Of a stretch of 64,000 nucleotides of DNA, positions 27,950 to 41,663 are shown in pieces. Below the pieces are notes generated by a model. The model saw only the letters and a list, made by a program, of their open reading frames with translations. It was not told where the DNA came from and did no database searches. The first letter of the stretch is position 1. Each line of letters opens with the position of its first letter. The position numbers and the translations under genes are program-made. Source of the stretch: Mobula birostris (taxonomy: Eukaryota); assembly GCF_030028105.1 (NCBI RefSeq), contig NC_092398.1:15498600-15562599 (forward strand), read 5' to 3'.

Positions 27950-29800
27950 GTTTTTTAGATTGGTAGCCTGTGCTCAGTGCTGTGTGGCAGGGTCTCCTAT
28001 TGGTTGTCATATCTGGTATATTGATGATCTGGATGAGATTATAGGTGCGTGATTAATACGTTTCCAGATGACACCAACATTGATGGTATGGTGGACAATG
28101 ATGAAGGTTGTATAAACTACAAGAGGATGGACATCAGTTGTGTAAATAGAACAAGGAAATGACAGCTGGAATTTAATTCAGGCAAATCCAAAGTGTAGAC
28201 TTTTGGTCAGTTAAACCAGGGCAGAAGATAACACAGCGAGAGGCAGTGCCCTGGAGGGTGCTGCCTAACAGAGACACCTGTGGGTAGAGTTCCTAAAAGT
28301 TCAGATGTAGGTGGACAAGGTGGCAAGGAAAGCAAATGGCACCCTTGCCATCATTGGTTAGGACAATAAGTACACGAGTCGGGACGTTGTGTTACAATCG
28401 TAGGAGATGTTGGTGAGATTGCTCTTGGGGTATTGTGCGCAGTTCTGGTCACCGAGCTACAGGAACAATGTGATTCAGCTGCAGTTAGTGCAGAGAACAT
28501 TCATAGGGATGTTACTGGAGGGCTGGAGTTACAAGAGGAGACTGGGATAGGGTGGGACTGTTTATTCTGGAGCACAGGAACATAGGCTGAATTTAAAGAG
28601 GTATATTAAAACAAGAGAGGGGCTAAATCCCTCTGTAGCCTCACACTGTGTAACCTCCTTGCATTCCCATGACCATCTGAAATGTCTGCTCTCCCACATC
28701 GGTAGGCCATTTGCATCGTTACTTCCCCCAGTCAGATTGGGGACCTGTGACCAATGGTGGGCTGCAGGGATCTGTGCTCTGTTGTGTTTAACACACATTC
28801 ATGGTTTGTGTAAGAATGTAAACAGCATGAGTAATAAATTTGAAAATGACACAATCAGACACGGGAACAGAATTAGGCCATTCAGCCAATCAATTCTGTT
28901 CTGTCATTCCATCATGGCTGTTTTATTATCCTTGAAGCCCTGACAAATCAAGAACCTATCAACCTCCACTTTAAATATCCTCAATGAATTGGACTCCACG
29001 GCAGTCTGTGGCAATGGATTCCACAGATTCACCACCCTCTGGCTGAAGAAGTTCCTCCTCACCTGTTCTTGATGAGTGTCCTTGTATTCTGAACCCATCC
29101 CCTCTGGTCCAAGATTCACTCACTACATCCTTTCCACATCCACTCCATCTAGGCCTTTCAATGAGATCCCTCCTCATTCTTCTAAACTCCAAGTACAGAC
29201 CCAGAACCATCAAATGCTCCTTAACTCTTTCATTCCTGGAATCATTGCTGTGAACTTTCTCTGGACCATCTCCAATGCCACCACATCTTGCTCTAAATAC
29301 TCAAAGTGCAATCCAAGCAATACCTTATAAAGCCTCAGCATCAGATCCTTACTCTTATATCCTGGTCCTCTTGAAATAAATGCTTAACATTGCTTTTATG
29401 TTCCTTAGCAACAACTCAATCTACAAATTAACCTTTAGGGAACACTGAACAAGCACAAGGACACCCAAATCCCTTTGCACCTCTGATTTTTAAATTTTCT
29501 CCCCATTTTGAAGATTGTCTACACCTTTGTTCCTTCTACTGAAGTGCATGACCATACACTTCCAATCACAATATTCCATTTGGCACTTCTTTGCCTAATC
29601 TCACAATGGTTCTAAGTCCTTTGCACACTCCCTGCTTCTATACCTGTCCATCCACCCATCTTTGTATCACCTGCAATCTTGACCACAAAGACGTCAACTC
29701 CAACAAACCAAATCATTGACATATAATGTGAAAAGAAGTCGTCCCAATGCCAGCCCCTGTGGAATACCACTAATCATCACCAGCCAATCAGAAAATTCCA
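27950..29800. mobile_element. Cluster of old CR1 RT fragments in both orientations
   Basis: Plus-strand DDT/RTFIGML-like segments at about 27950-28620; minus-strand ORFs 28904-29119 (RRNFFSQRVVNLWN) and 28971-29213. Confidence 0.7.
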
Positions 29801-30077
29801 ATTTTGGTGGTCTAATGGACAGTGAGATTACAGTGAGACAGACTGATTAGGAGTGTGGGATAGGAAATGGACCATGAGATTTAACGGAGCCAAGTGCAAA
29901 GTGAGGAATTTTGATAATTTATTTCAGAACAGGGCTTACATAGTAAATGACAGGTCTCTGACAGGTGTAAAACAGAGACAAAGTGTTGACACAGGTAGAC
30001 AAGTTGGTGAAGAAGGCATTTGGTACATTTGCCTTCATCAGAGTAGTGAGTACAGTACCTTGGATGTCATGTCACAG

Positions 30078-30310
30078 CGTAGCAGTTAGCACAAGGCTGT
30101 TACAGCTCTAGGCATTCTGGAGTTCTATTTCAGTGCCAACTGTAAGGAGGGTACCTTCTCCCCATGAACACATGGGTTTCCTTGGAGTGCTCCAGTTTTT
30201 CCCACACTGAAGATATATCAGTTAGGAGGTTAGTTGGTCATTGTAAATTGTCCTGTGATTAGGCTAGAGTTAGATAGGTGGGTCTCTGGGTCCAGAGGGG
30301 CTTGCATTGT
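30078..30310 (+). mobile_element. V-SINE/HE1-like SINE relic
   Basis: tRNA-like head GCGTAGCAGTTAGCAC and central GGGTTTCC..GTGCTCCAGTTTTTCCCAC..TGTAAATTGTCC domain. Confidence 0.55.
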
Positions 30311-33300
30311 GAGAGGATGGTGGGTTAGTGGAATATTCTGCTAGAAGGTACTGTAGAAGTGGGTATATTTATTATATTTAAAAGTCATTTTGCCAGGTAC
30401 ATTGATAAGAAAGTTTGAGAGCCATATGGGCCAAATTGAGGTTGGGTTTAGCTTAGGTCAGCGATTTGATTGGCACTGAGTTGGGCCAGAGGGCCTACGT
30501 CCATGCTGCACAAATCAATGACTATATTTTGGGAAGTTAGATGTACACAGTGAATGGCAGGGACTTGTGAAATGTTGCTGAACGGAGAGCTTGTGGGTTC
30601 CTACCTTCACCACTGCCACTAGCCCCTTATTCCAGATGATAATCATTGTGAGAGAAATTTACCCCTCAGGACCCCTTGAACCTCCATCTTGTCACTTTAA
30701 ACATATGTTCTCTAACTTTTGACACCCGTAGCATAGGTAACATAGTCTTTCTATTTATCCAATCTATTCCTTATATCATTCTCCGTACCCCTCATGTCAC
30801 CTCTCACCCCTTTCACTACAGCAAAGTCAAACCCAGCTTCATCACATCACATCACGTCTGTAGTGTGGTGACAAGAACTGTACACAATATTGCAAACGCA
30901 GCCTAACCAACTGCTTGTACATCTGAAACATGACACCACAACACTTGTACTCAATTCTTTGGCTGATGAAAGCAGGCAGACCACACACCTGCTTCACAAG
31001 CCTGTCTGCCTGTGATGCCACTTTCAGGGACTGTGTAACAACACCTGAGGCATCTGTAAAGGTACTTCAATGAACAAGGCACAGAGTGATATGGAATTAG
31101 TGCAGGCCAGTGTGTTTAGTATAGGTGGGCATGACAGTCAACACAGATGTGATGGGCCAAAGGGCCTGTTTCTGTGCTGTACAAATCTATGACTTCATAA
31201 CACTCCACCATTGCATGCAGTGACTCTGGCTGCCTTGGACCTCAGCTCTGAGCTTGTCTCACTGACCCCCATGTCCTCTGAGATGATACAGGGAGCCTCA
31301 CGCTGTAATTCAATGTCAGTTCTCTCTCTTAATACTATCCATTTCCATCTGAACCTTTCCTATCGATGTACCGATCTAAATGCTTCTTGAATACTGTAAT
31401 TGTACCCACTTCTACCACTTCCTCTTGCAGCTTGTTTCATCTACCCACCACCTGTCTGCCTGTCTAGGTACCATATCCGATGCAGACATTGGTGACCATG
31501 GTTTTCCATATAGATCTATCCTTCGTTTTTTGGATGACTTCCATTTCCTCGATGTGTAGCCACCTGGCTATGCTTTTGATGTACATAAGCCGAGGTCTTC
31601 CTCCAGGTTTACACCCCTCAATCTTCCCAGAGAGTATGAGTTTTTCTAGTTAATCTTTCCGCATGATCTGTCCTAGGAATCTGTGTTATCTGTCTCTTAT
31701 TGTTGGTATGAGTGAGTGAGTTAGTGAGTGTTCATGGGGAGAAGGTACCACCACCATTTCTGTAAAAAGTCATCCCTCATGTCCCCTCTCTACTTAAATC
31801 TCTGCCCTTGGGTTTTAGACTCCCCACATGTGGAAAAAAGACTGTGGTCATTCACCTTATCAATACCCCACATGATTTTATACACCTGCAGACTCACTTT
31901 GAACGTCTCTACAAATTATTGGAAAGGGTACAGAAGAGATTTACCAGCATGCTGCCTTGTTTAGAGCCTATGCCTTATGATTAGAGATTAAGGGAGCTAG
32001 GGTTTTACTCTCTGGAAAGAAGGAGGATGAGAGGAGACATTATAGAGGTATACAAGATATTAAGAGGAATAGATAGAGTGGACAGCCAGCACCTCTTCCC
32101 CAGGGCACCACTGCTCAATACAAGAGGACATGGCTTTAAGGTAAGGGGTGGGAAGTTCAAGGGGGATATTAGAGGAAGGTTTTTACTCAGAGAGTGGTTG
32201 GTGCGTGGGATGCACTGCCTGAGTCAGTGGTGGAGGCAGATACACTTGTGATATTTAAGAGACTACTAGACAGGCATATGCAGGAATTTAAGGTGGGGGG
32301 TTATATGGGAGGCAGGGTTTAAGAGTCAGCACAACATTGTGGGCCGAAGGGCCTGTACTGTGCTGCACTATTCTATGTTACCAGATTGATTGATTGATTT
32401 GCACAGATTCTTTTACACATCGGTTCTTTGTCAATCTTTGTTTGTGTGTAGTTCTTCACTGACTCTATTGTATTTTTTTGTTCTGTTGTGAATGCCTTCA
32501 TGAAAATCTCAGAGTAGTATATGGTGATATTCATACTTTGATAATAAATTTACTTTGAACTTTTCAACTTTGAAGACTGGTAGATTGTGGATGGATTAAA
32601 GGACTATCAATGAACACAGAGGGATATGTATCGGGTAGGAATGGCAGGGTCAGTTCAGTGGACTTTTACATGGATATGTGAATATAAAGGGACTGTAGTG
32701 TTGTACAGTAGATGAGAAACAGGAGGGCATGTAGTATAAAAAACTGGCATTAGAGTTAGCAAAATACCAGGGGCCAAATGGCCTGTACTGTTTTATATTC
32801 CTAGAGCTCAAAAAGGGACAAGAAATGTCATGAGCAAGATTGACAATAATGCAATGGTATTTTACACATATGTTTAAAACAGGATGATCTCTGAGGCGAA
32901 CATGGGATCTCTCAAGGATGAATGGAGGAATTTCTGTCTGAAGCAAGAAGTTGTGGGTGAGATTATGAATGAGTCCTTTCCATCTTTGTAACAGCAGATA
33001 GAACTGAATACAGACAAGTGTGAAGTGTTGCACTTTGGGAGAACAACCTTGTGTAGGACTTACACAGTGAACAGTATAGCACTGAGGAGTGTGGTGGAAC
33101 AGAGCCATCTGGAAATACAGATGCATAATTCCTTTACCACAGGTAAAGAAAGTTGTAAAGATACCTTTTGGTAGATTGGTCTTTATAAATTAAAATATTG
33201 AGTGCAGGAGTTGGGATGTTATGTTGAAGTTTGTAAGACATTGGTGAGGCTAAATTAGCCATTCTAATCGCCTATCTACAGGAAAGATATCAATAATTTT

Positions 33301-35386
33301 CAAAGACCTCAGGGAAAATTTGCAAGGATGTTGCCGAGATGTTAGGACCTGAGTTATAAGAAAAGGCTGAACAGGTTAGGACTTTACTCCCTGGAGTGTA
33401 AGAGAATGAGGGGAGATTTGACTGAATATACAAAATTATGAGGGGTATTGATAGGGTGAGTGAGTGCAGGCATTGTATTGTGTTGTGACAAATATGTTTT
33501 AACTTACAGCTATTGCAGGAACATGGTGACAGGCTGTCTGGGTCTGAGAGCTCAGTATTCCAGCATATTCAATGTTCTACAACTCTGTCATGGACAGTTC
33601 CAAGCACAGTTGCAAAAGGAGGAGGGTTGGACACAGGGCTAGTAAGCCCATCCTGTAAAAGCACTGAGCTACAGAAGCTCCAAGGCCTCATCCCCGGCAG
33701 AGGATGTGTCCACCAAGAACATGGACTACCCATGGGGACAGTTGGAAAGATTGGGCCTAGACAGAGGATTCTGCAGAGCTATTGACAATGGCCTCTGCCT
33801 CAGTAGGGGTGATGACCTTAACTAACAAACAATGTTCCACACGGATTGGGACGAGGGAAAGGAGGAGGGTGGCCTTGTTCATCTTGAGGTGGTGAGGGGT
33901 GATATGCAGGTGGGGACAATGAAAAACAGGGGAAAGACAACATGAGTGGGAAGCCTCTACACCCTCAGGGGTTGCCTCTTCACAGGAGAAAGCATAAAAG
34001 TGGAAAGTATCAAAGGGAGCTAAGAAGGGAACTGTGATTATCATAGGTGAATTTAATCTTTGTATTTGTTAAAGCTGATCAAACTGGCAAGACAGAGTGG
34101 AAGAGGAATTTGTGGACTGGTCAGGGATTCTTTCTTACTAGCAGTCTGTTACAGAATCTACCCCGGAAGAGACCATTTTAGATGTAACCTGTGTAATGAG
34201 ATTAATAAGAGATTTTCTGTGAAGGATCTGCGAGGGAGAATTCTCCCCCAACGTGACGCAGTTTAGACCGCAAGATATAGGAACAGAATTAGGCCATTTG
34301 GCCCATCGAACCTGCTCCACTAGTTCAGCATGGCTGTACTAACTTCCTTCTCAACCTGTCTCCTGCCTTCTCCCCGTATCCTTTCATGCCCTGAACAATC
34401 AAGGATCTATCTACCTCTGTTTTAAATATACATTAAGACTTGGCACTCACAGCTACCTGTGGCAAAGAATTCCACAGATTTACCACTCTCTGGCTAAAGA
34501 AATTTCTCCTCATCTGTTCTAAAAGGATACCCCTCTATTCTGAGACTGTGTCCTCTGATCTTAGACTCTCCCACCATAGGAAACATCCTCTTCACATCCA
34601 TTCTATCAAGGCCTTTCTGTATTTGATAGATTTCAATGAGGTCACCCCTCATTCTTCTGAATTCTAGTGAATACAGGACCAGAATCATCAAAACTCTTCA
34701 TATGACAAGCCATTCAATCCTGGAATCAACACACGTCCAGAACCAATATTCTCAACCTAAATAAAGGCAGTAACGCGGTTGTAACGTTGGAGTGGACGGG
34801 GTAAACAGGCTCATGGACAGATCAGTAGATGAACATTGACAGGTGTTTAAACAGCTGATTCATAACTTTCAGCAAATATTGACTCCAATTCGACAGAGGG
34901 ATCCAGGAGAAAGATGAACCATCTGCGGTCAACAAACGAGGTGAAGGGAAATATTAAATCAAAGACCGGAACACAGAGGGCAACAAGGGCGAGAAGTAGA
35001 CCAGAGGACTGAGAATACGCCAGGAAGCAGTGCTGAAGAGACTCAAAAGCTAAAACTAGTAGGGAAATTGCGATAAGTTAAACTCAATACCGTGAACAGT
35101 GTTTACATTGGGGAAATAGCAAAGCTGCCAAATATAATAATTGGTTGGCATTACAATACTGTACTGCAATAATTTACAAGAGTCACCATCATAAGAGAAA
35201 AACTAATAGGACTAAAAGCAAAACGTCACCAGGTCCCAACGACCTGCACAAGGTTTTACAGGAAGTACGTGGAGAGAAAGTGGATATATAAGTTGAATTT
35301 TGTCAAAACTCACTGTGTTCCAGGAAGGCCCCGGTGTCTCAAATGCGTCTCCATTGTTCGAGAAAAATTCAGCCCCTCGCTAGACC

Positions 35387-35520
35387 GTTGCCAGGGAAAC
35401 GACGTCAGTGAAGGGTGGACGCTCTGTGACGTCAGCGCGTCCTGGGGAGGAAAATCCGCAGGGTGTCACTTGACTGTGAGGCAGCAGCCTGGGAGGAGGG
35501 AAAGAGGCAGCTGTCAATCA
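35387..35520. promoter_or_regulatory. Promoter-like module, left copy (X-box, two CRE sites, E-box-like site, PBX/PREP decamer)
   Basis: GTTGCCAGGGAAAC 35387-35400; CGACGTCA 35400-35407; TGACGTCA 35427-35434; GTCACTTGAC 35465-35474; CTGTCAATCA 35511-35520. Confidence 0.55.
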
Positions 35521-35669
35521 GAGGAGCCGCTGGGAACGGTGTGAACTTTGTAAATAGATCACTGAACACCATGAAAACAAAGAGCGTCACTGAAGAACAT
35601 TTGTCAAAGTCAAAGTAAATTTACTATCAAACCACGTATTTGTCACCATATAATACCTTGAGATTCTTT

Positions 35670-35798
35670 AACAAGAGGAATTCTGCAGATGCTGGAAATT
35701 CAAGCAACACACATCAAAGTTTTTGGTGAATGCAGCAGGTCAGGCAGCATCTCTAGGAAGAGGTACAGCTTTGACTGTACCTCTTCCTAGAGATGCTG
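35670..35798. mobile_element. Short Penelope-derived insertion with an internal perfect 27-bp hairpin and 14-bp TSD
   Basis: TSD CCTTGA(G/T)ATTCTTT at 35656-35669 and 35799-35812; arms 35742-35768 and 35775-35801 are exact reverse complements. Confidence 0.75.
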
Positions 35799-36859
35799 CC
35801 TTGATATTCTTTCCTTGCAGGCATTTACAGGAAATAAATGCAATAGAATTTATGAAAATGATAAATGGCACAGATTGACAAAAAACTTGAAAGTGAGTCT
35901 GCATATTGTGAAATCATTTTAGTGAAGGTTATCCATGCTGTCTCAAGAGTATGAATGGTGTAGCGTAATAACTCTGGTGGTGTGGGACCAAAGGCTCCTG
36001 CATCTCCTTCCCAATGGCAGCAGCCAGAAGAGAACATGGCATGGATGAGGGATGTCCTTGACGATGGATGCTGCTTTCTTATGGCAGAAACCCTTGTAAC
36101 TGTGCTCAATGATGGGGACAGCTTTGCCTGCAATGAACTGGGCTGTATCCACCACTTTTTCTAACATTACCGTTGCTGGGCATTGGTGTTTCCATTCCAG
36201 GCTGTCATGCTCTGCCAGGTTACTCTCCACTGTGCATGCCAAAGTATGTCAAAGTTTTAAATGACATATCGATGATACACAAGCTTCTAAGTAAAGCCGC
36301 AGTCATGCTTCCTTTGTAATGGCACTTACATGCTCGTCACAGGACAGATCCTCTGAAACGATAATGCCAAGGAATTTAAAGTTTGCATTCACCATCTCTG
36401 TAACACTCATGAAGTTAGCATTCATTTTGAGATGACTAGAATATAAAAAGCAAGGAAGTCCTGCTGAGACTTTGTAAGGCATTGCTGAGAACACCCTTGA
36501 GATATTGTGAGCAGGTGTGGGCCCCTTATTAATAAAAGGATGTTGGGGAGGGCCCAGAGAATTTCACGAGTATGATCCCCGGAAAGAAAGGGTAAGATAT
36601 CAGCAGCATTTGATGAATCTGAGCTGTATTCACAAGATTAGAAGAATGAGGAGGGAGGGAACCCATTCTTTGCCTGTTGAATATTCAAAAGCATGGATAG
36701 CATTGCTGGGGGAGGAGGTTTCCTAGAGCCGGGTAGTCTAGGACCAGAGTACACTGCCTCAGAATAGAAGAACATCCATTTAGAACGGAAATGAGGAAAA
36801 ATTTCTGTCACCAGAAGGTGCAGAATCTGTGGAATTCATTGACAAAGTTGGAGGAGGCC

Positions 36860-37690
36860 ACAGAGGGATCACTGGATACAGTCATTCCCCAGTGGGCATG
36901 CAGTGTTTCCTGTCCTGCAGGGACTTTTCAGATACTGAATGCAGGTAAGGGAGGAGGTGAAGTGGCATATGTTGTGCTTGCAGGGATAAGTACCCAGAGG
37001 GAGATCACTGGGAAGGGTTCAATGAACAAGGGAGTCATGGAGAGCACAGTCTCAGCAGCAAGCAGAGTGTGGGGTGGAGGGAAAGATGTGCTTAGCTGTG
37101 GGATATCTTTGAAGATGGCAGAACTGATGGAGAATGAAGAGCTGGATATGAATGGGGTGGTAAGTAAGGACAAGGGGAACTCTATCCCTGTTATGGCAGC
37201 AGGAAGATGAGTGAGGCCGGATGTCTGAGAAATGGATGAGATGTGGCAGGTGAATGCATCAATGAGAGAGGAAGGCAAACTCCATTCTTTGAAACAGGAG
37301 AACATCTCTAATGTTTTGGGAAGGATGGCCTCATCCTGGGAACCGATACAATGGAGACGAAGGAACTGAGAAAAGGGAATGGCATTTTGACAAGTGATAG
37401 GGTGTAAAGGAATTTAATCAACATAGCTCTGAGATCCAGAAGTTTTATGGAAGATATCAGTAGACAGTCAGTCTTCTGAGTGGTTACAGAGAGATCAAGG
37501 AAGCAGAGAGAGGTGTCAGAGATGGACCAAAGGAATATAAGGGGAGGGTGGAAGTTGGAGGCAAAGCTGATGAAGTTGACAAGCTCAGCACGGGTGCAAA
37601 ACGCAGCACCGATGCAATCGTCAAAAAAGCACAGAAAAATTTGGGGAGCGTTACCAATGAAGGCTTTGAACATGAAATGAACCATGTAGC
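36860..37690 (-). mobile_element. Penelope-like reverse transcriptase relic
   Basis: ORF 37308-37703: IFLCFFDDCIGAAFCTRAELVNFISFASNFHP..FLDLSV (YIDD-type motif); frameshifted downstream. Confidence 0.75.
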
Positions 37691-38536
37691 CCACTTTCTT
37701 CACCAGTATCTCATCTCAGTGATGTGTGTTAGTGCACATCTTCAGACTTTTCCCACATTCCAAGCTGATACCATCTTGTCTTACAAACTTTCATTTTCTG
37801 TTACACAGTTTAGCAGATACTGTACCAAGCAGGAATCAAATGTAACTCTTTCCTTACACACTATCCCTTGATCCCTCATTGGTACCTTATGCAAGAACAA
37901 CACACTGGACTAAATGCAAGTTGCAATATAACTACAGGAATTGTAATATTATAATTTAAGCAGCAGGATTATCGCAACGTGAATTGCATATAGGTAACAA
38001 ATCACTGAACACAGCAGAGGCCTGACACTGCAGCTGCCCAATCTCTTGTTTAAGGCACTGTGCTACAAAGGTAACTAATTTATGACTTTGACAAGTTTGA
38101 AAAGGATCCAAGATGCAACACGAACTGATCCATGTAGACAACAAAAAGCTAGACATTATCTATCTTTTCTAAAATTCAAAAACCTTTAAATTCTCAACAA
38201 CTCATGTTCTCAGTATTATTTATTGTTTATATAATTTGCACGATTTGTCTATTTTTGCACATTGGTTGTTTGTCAATCTGTGCCGTTTACAGATTTCATA
38301 AAATAAAGTATAGATTTCATAAAATAAAATTGCATATAAATGAAGTATGACTATGACTAAATTCCGTTGCATTTATTTTCCTGTAAGTGCCCACAAGAAA
38401 ATTAATCTCAAGGTAGCATATGGTTTGATAATAAATTTACTTCGGACATGACAAATGCTGTTCAGTGACGCTCTTTGCTTTCATGAAGGGTTCGGTGATT
38501 TATTTATAATGTTCACAACGTTCCCAGCGGTTCCTC

Positions 38537-38667
38537 TGATTGACAGCTGCCTCTTTCTCTCTGGCCGGGCTGTTACCTTACCGTCACGTGACACCCTGCG
38601 ATTTGCCGACCCTTGGCGCGTTGACGTCACAGAGTGGGCTCTTCGCTGACGTCGTTTCCCCGGCAAC
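38537..38667. promoter_or_regulatory. Promoter-like module, right (inverted) copy
   Basis: TGATTGACAG 38537-38546; GTCACGTGAC 38583-38592; TGACGTCA 38622-38629; TGACGTCG 38647-38654; GTTTCCCCGGCAAC 38654-38667. Confidence 0.55.
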
Positions 38668-38699
38668 AGACCGGTCAGATCCGGGCGGCAAGTACAAAA

Positions 38700-40450
38700 C
38701 CAGTGGGCAGGCAGATGGGGATTTAAGCTTTCAATAGCTAAAACTCAGATTATGTTTCACAAGAAGGATTAATAGACCTGCACTTGAATGGAAATTATAT
38801 GGTCAGATACTTGAAGATCTGTCGGTGGTAAGATTTCTAGTCATATGGATGGGTAATAATCTGATCTGGAAGCACCATATCAGTAAAATAATTGATAAAT
38901 ATTAAATATTTAATATTCTCATGTGTCTATGTGGATACTACTGAGGTGCTACACGAAAATCTTTGTTGACCATTTTTAATTGTTTAATTAGATCACTTGT
39001 TGATTATGGCTGTGTGGCTTGTGCTCAGCTTCATCTTCAACTTTAAAAATGGATGTGATGCAAGCAAAAGGTTTAAGCTAATGTTGTGGTGCAATAAACG
39101 TCCCTGTTCCGGCTTTACAGGTTGAAATGGAACAATTACCCTCACATTTGCCGAGGTTGAACATGCTGGATTAATCTGAGGGGGCAGAGGAATGATCACC
39201 CTATGAAGGGTGTGGTGGAAACTGTTGGGAACATCAGAAGAAGAGTGTTTTTAGGTTTGGGTGGCTGGGTTCCTATCACGCTAAGAATATGGGTTTGTTG
39301 GATTACAAACTATGTCCTGTAGCATTCTTGGTAACCCCACCTTACTTTTTCCAGTGACTTTAGTTGATTTTAGATTACATAATTTAATAAAGTCTGAGGA
39401 TTCTATTATGCCTCAGAGTCTGTTGGTTCATCGCCTGAGAATCTGTTGGTTCATCAATATATTAAGTAAAATTATTATGGTATGTTAATGATTTTTACAG
39501 AAGGATCAGAAGATAATTTAACTGAGAATGTTAGTGTGGCTGCTATTGTGCCTGAATTCCAGGTAATGATAAAAAAACAACTTGCCAACCATTTGTCAAT
39601 ATATACAACACAAATGGTTGCCATCATTTGAGGCTTACAGTGGGAGGAGGAAATTTGTCCATGTAAAGTTGTAATTTGTTCAGATTCCTCTTCAGTTTTG
39701 ATGAGTTTTAAAACAGTTTATTCTAGCAGTAGGTCAGATTTACTGTTGGAAGCTCATCAAACAGTATTTTGTACACAAAGTATTGGTTTATGTGTTGGCT
39801 TTGTAAGGGTCTCTGCACAAAGAGGTGTTGAAGGGAATGGATTGTTTTGCTGAGAAAGCTGTTAAAAGTTCAGCAGTGGATATAAAACTCCCACTTATCA
39901 AATCAGAACGGGTTGGTAGGATTAAGAAATAGGATGTTATGTCAAGACTTGTGAGATAATGGGTATAAGGGGAGACACCTTTACAGAATACATAATACTA
40001 TGGGGGAAGAGGGTAAAACAAGAAGGGAAGGGATTATTTTGACTTAGAATTGGGCATTCTATGCTTAATTATTCCTCATATCTTGTTGGAAAACATCACT
40101 CTGGGGTGTGTAGGTTCCGTCATCATTATGAAACAGTTGAACATTATATTTCAGTGTGAAGCATATAAGGTTGAAAGAAATCAAATGCAAACTTCATTGC
40201 AATCTTTGGGGATTGATAGTTTTCATTTAAAAGTTGTTAAATTATGGGAGTGACTTTAATTTAATTGTCAATATCGTCTTTCACTATTTACAATCTATTG
40301 AGCTTTTGGGTAATTTAGGTTTCATTTGAAAGAGAAATTGTATGAGTTTTATTTCCACAACTTTCTACACCACCTTCCAGTCCAGTTGGTGATGGTAATG
40401 CACCTTTAAGTTGGACTGCCAACTGGCATATAAAAAGTCAGAAGATGAAG
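38700..40450 (+). mobile_element. Nimb/I-clade non-LTR retrotransposon relic (RT end, RNase H, C-terminal zinc knuckle)
   Basis: Reads WGFKLSIAKTQ.., IFTEGS, VVICSDSSSVL, RGVEGN and C..H.ETVEH; 3' end GGTGATGGTAATGCACC..AGAAGATGAAG. Confidence 0.7.
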
Positions 40451-41663
40451 TGGGGTCGTTCTGTACTTGCTGCATTTTGATGCCACTGTGAGCATCAGCC
40501 CCTTTACTTCCTGCCTGCCACCCTGGCGACAATGAGTGTTTGTCAGTTCCTTCCTGCCCTAGATCCCTACCTGATGTTTCCCATTCTCATCCTCGGGCTC
40601 ACATCCCTCGTTAGTCCTCACATCTCACTCTCTCTATAATCTCCTCCCATCCTGATAACCTCTCACAGATCTGCTCTCATCACTCTGTGGTTCTTCTGCA
40701 TCTACATATCTGCTTCCTTTTCAGATTGGAGACCTGTGACCAGTGCTGTGCTACGGGGATCCGTGCCTGCTTCCCTGTTGTTAGTCATGTATACTAATGA
40801 TTTGGATGTGAACGTTGATAAGTAAGTTCAATGATGGCTGAAAAGCTGGTAGTAAGATCACAACAGGATGTGGATAAACAGGATGGAATTTAACTCACAG
40901 AAGTTCAAACTGTCCCACTTTTGTAAGTTAAACCAGGACAGGACTTAGACAGTAACTGGCAGGACCCAGGGAGTATTATAGAACAGCAAGACCTCAGAGT
41001 ACATGGTTCATTGAAAGTAATGTCAGTGTAGACTGGGTGGTGGAAAAAGTCCTGTGTCCTAACTCTTTCATCAAGGAACTGAGTACAAGAGTTAGGGTGC
41101 ATTATTATAAGTGTACAATATGTTGATGAGACTGAAATTGAATTGTTGCTGAGCAAGGAAAGGAAGTGTTTCAGCAGGAGTTCCAAGGAGAGACTGGAAA
41201 TTCAGGGTCTGTTCTTCCCCAGAATGTGGAAAGCTAAGTGCTGAGCTTATGTAAAAAATGTTGTCCCTCGTCCCCACTTAAAATCTTTCCCCACTCCTTA
41301 AATCTATGCCCTCTAGCTTTAGACTCTTCTGTGCTTGGAAAAGTCTGTGTCCATTCACACTGTCAATGCCCCTCATGAATTTATATCCTCTAAGTTCATT
41401 CCTCATCCTCGTATGCTCCAGGGGAAAAAACCAGTGTCTACATATAACTCAATCCCTCCTTTCCCATAATATCATGGTGAATCACCTCTCCAGTGCAATC
41501 CCACCCATCCTATCGTGTGACATCAGACTGTGCACAATATTCCAGCTGTGGCCCGATTCATGTTTTTAAAAGTCCTTCCAACCCTTCTGTTCTGTGCCAC
41601 AGCTAGTGAAGGCCATCCTTCTTCACTCTATCTATCCGTTTCTGCCACCTTCAGGGATCTCTA

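Noticed and set aside
35387-38667. Inverted repeats as TIRs of a DNA transposon
   Set aside because: No TSD or transposase is visible, the arms include a LINE 3' end, and the interior is unrelated retroelement debris.
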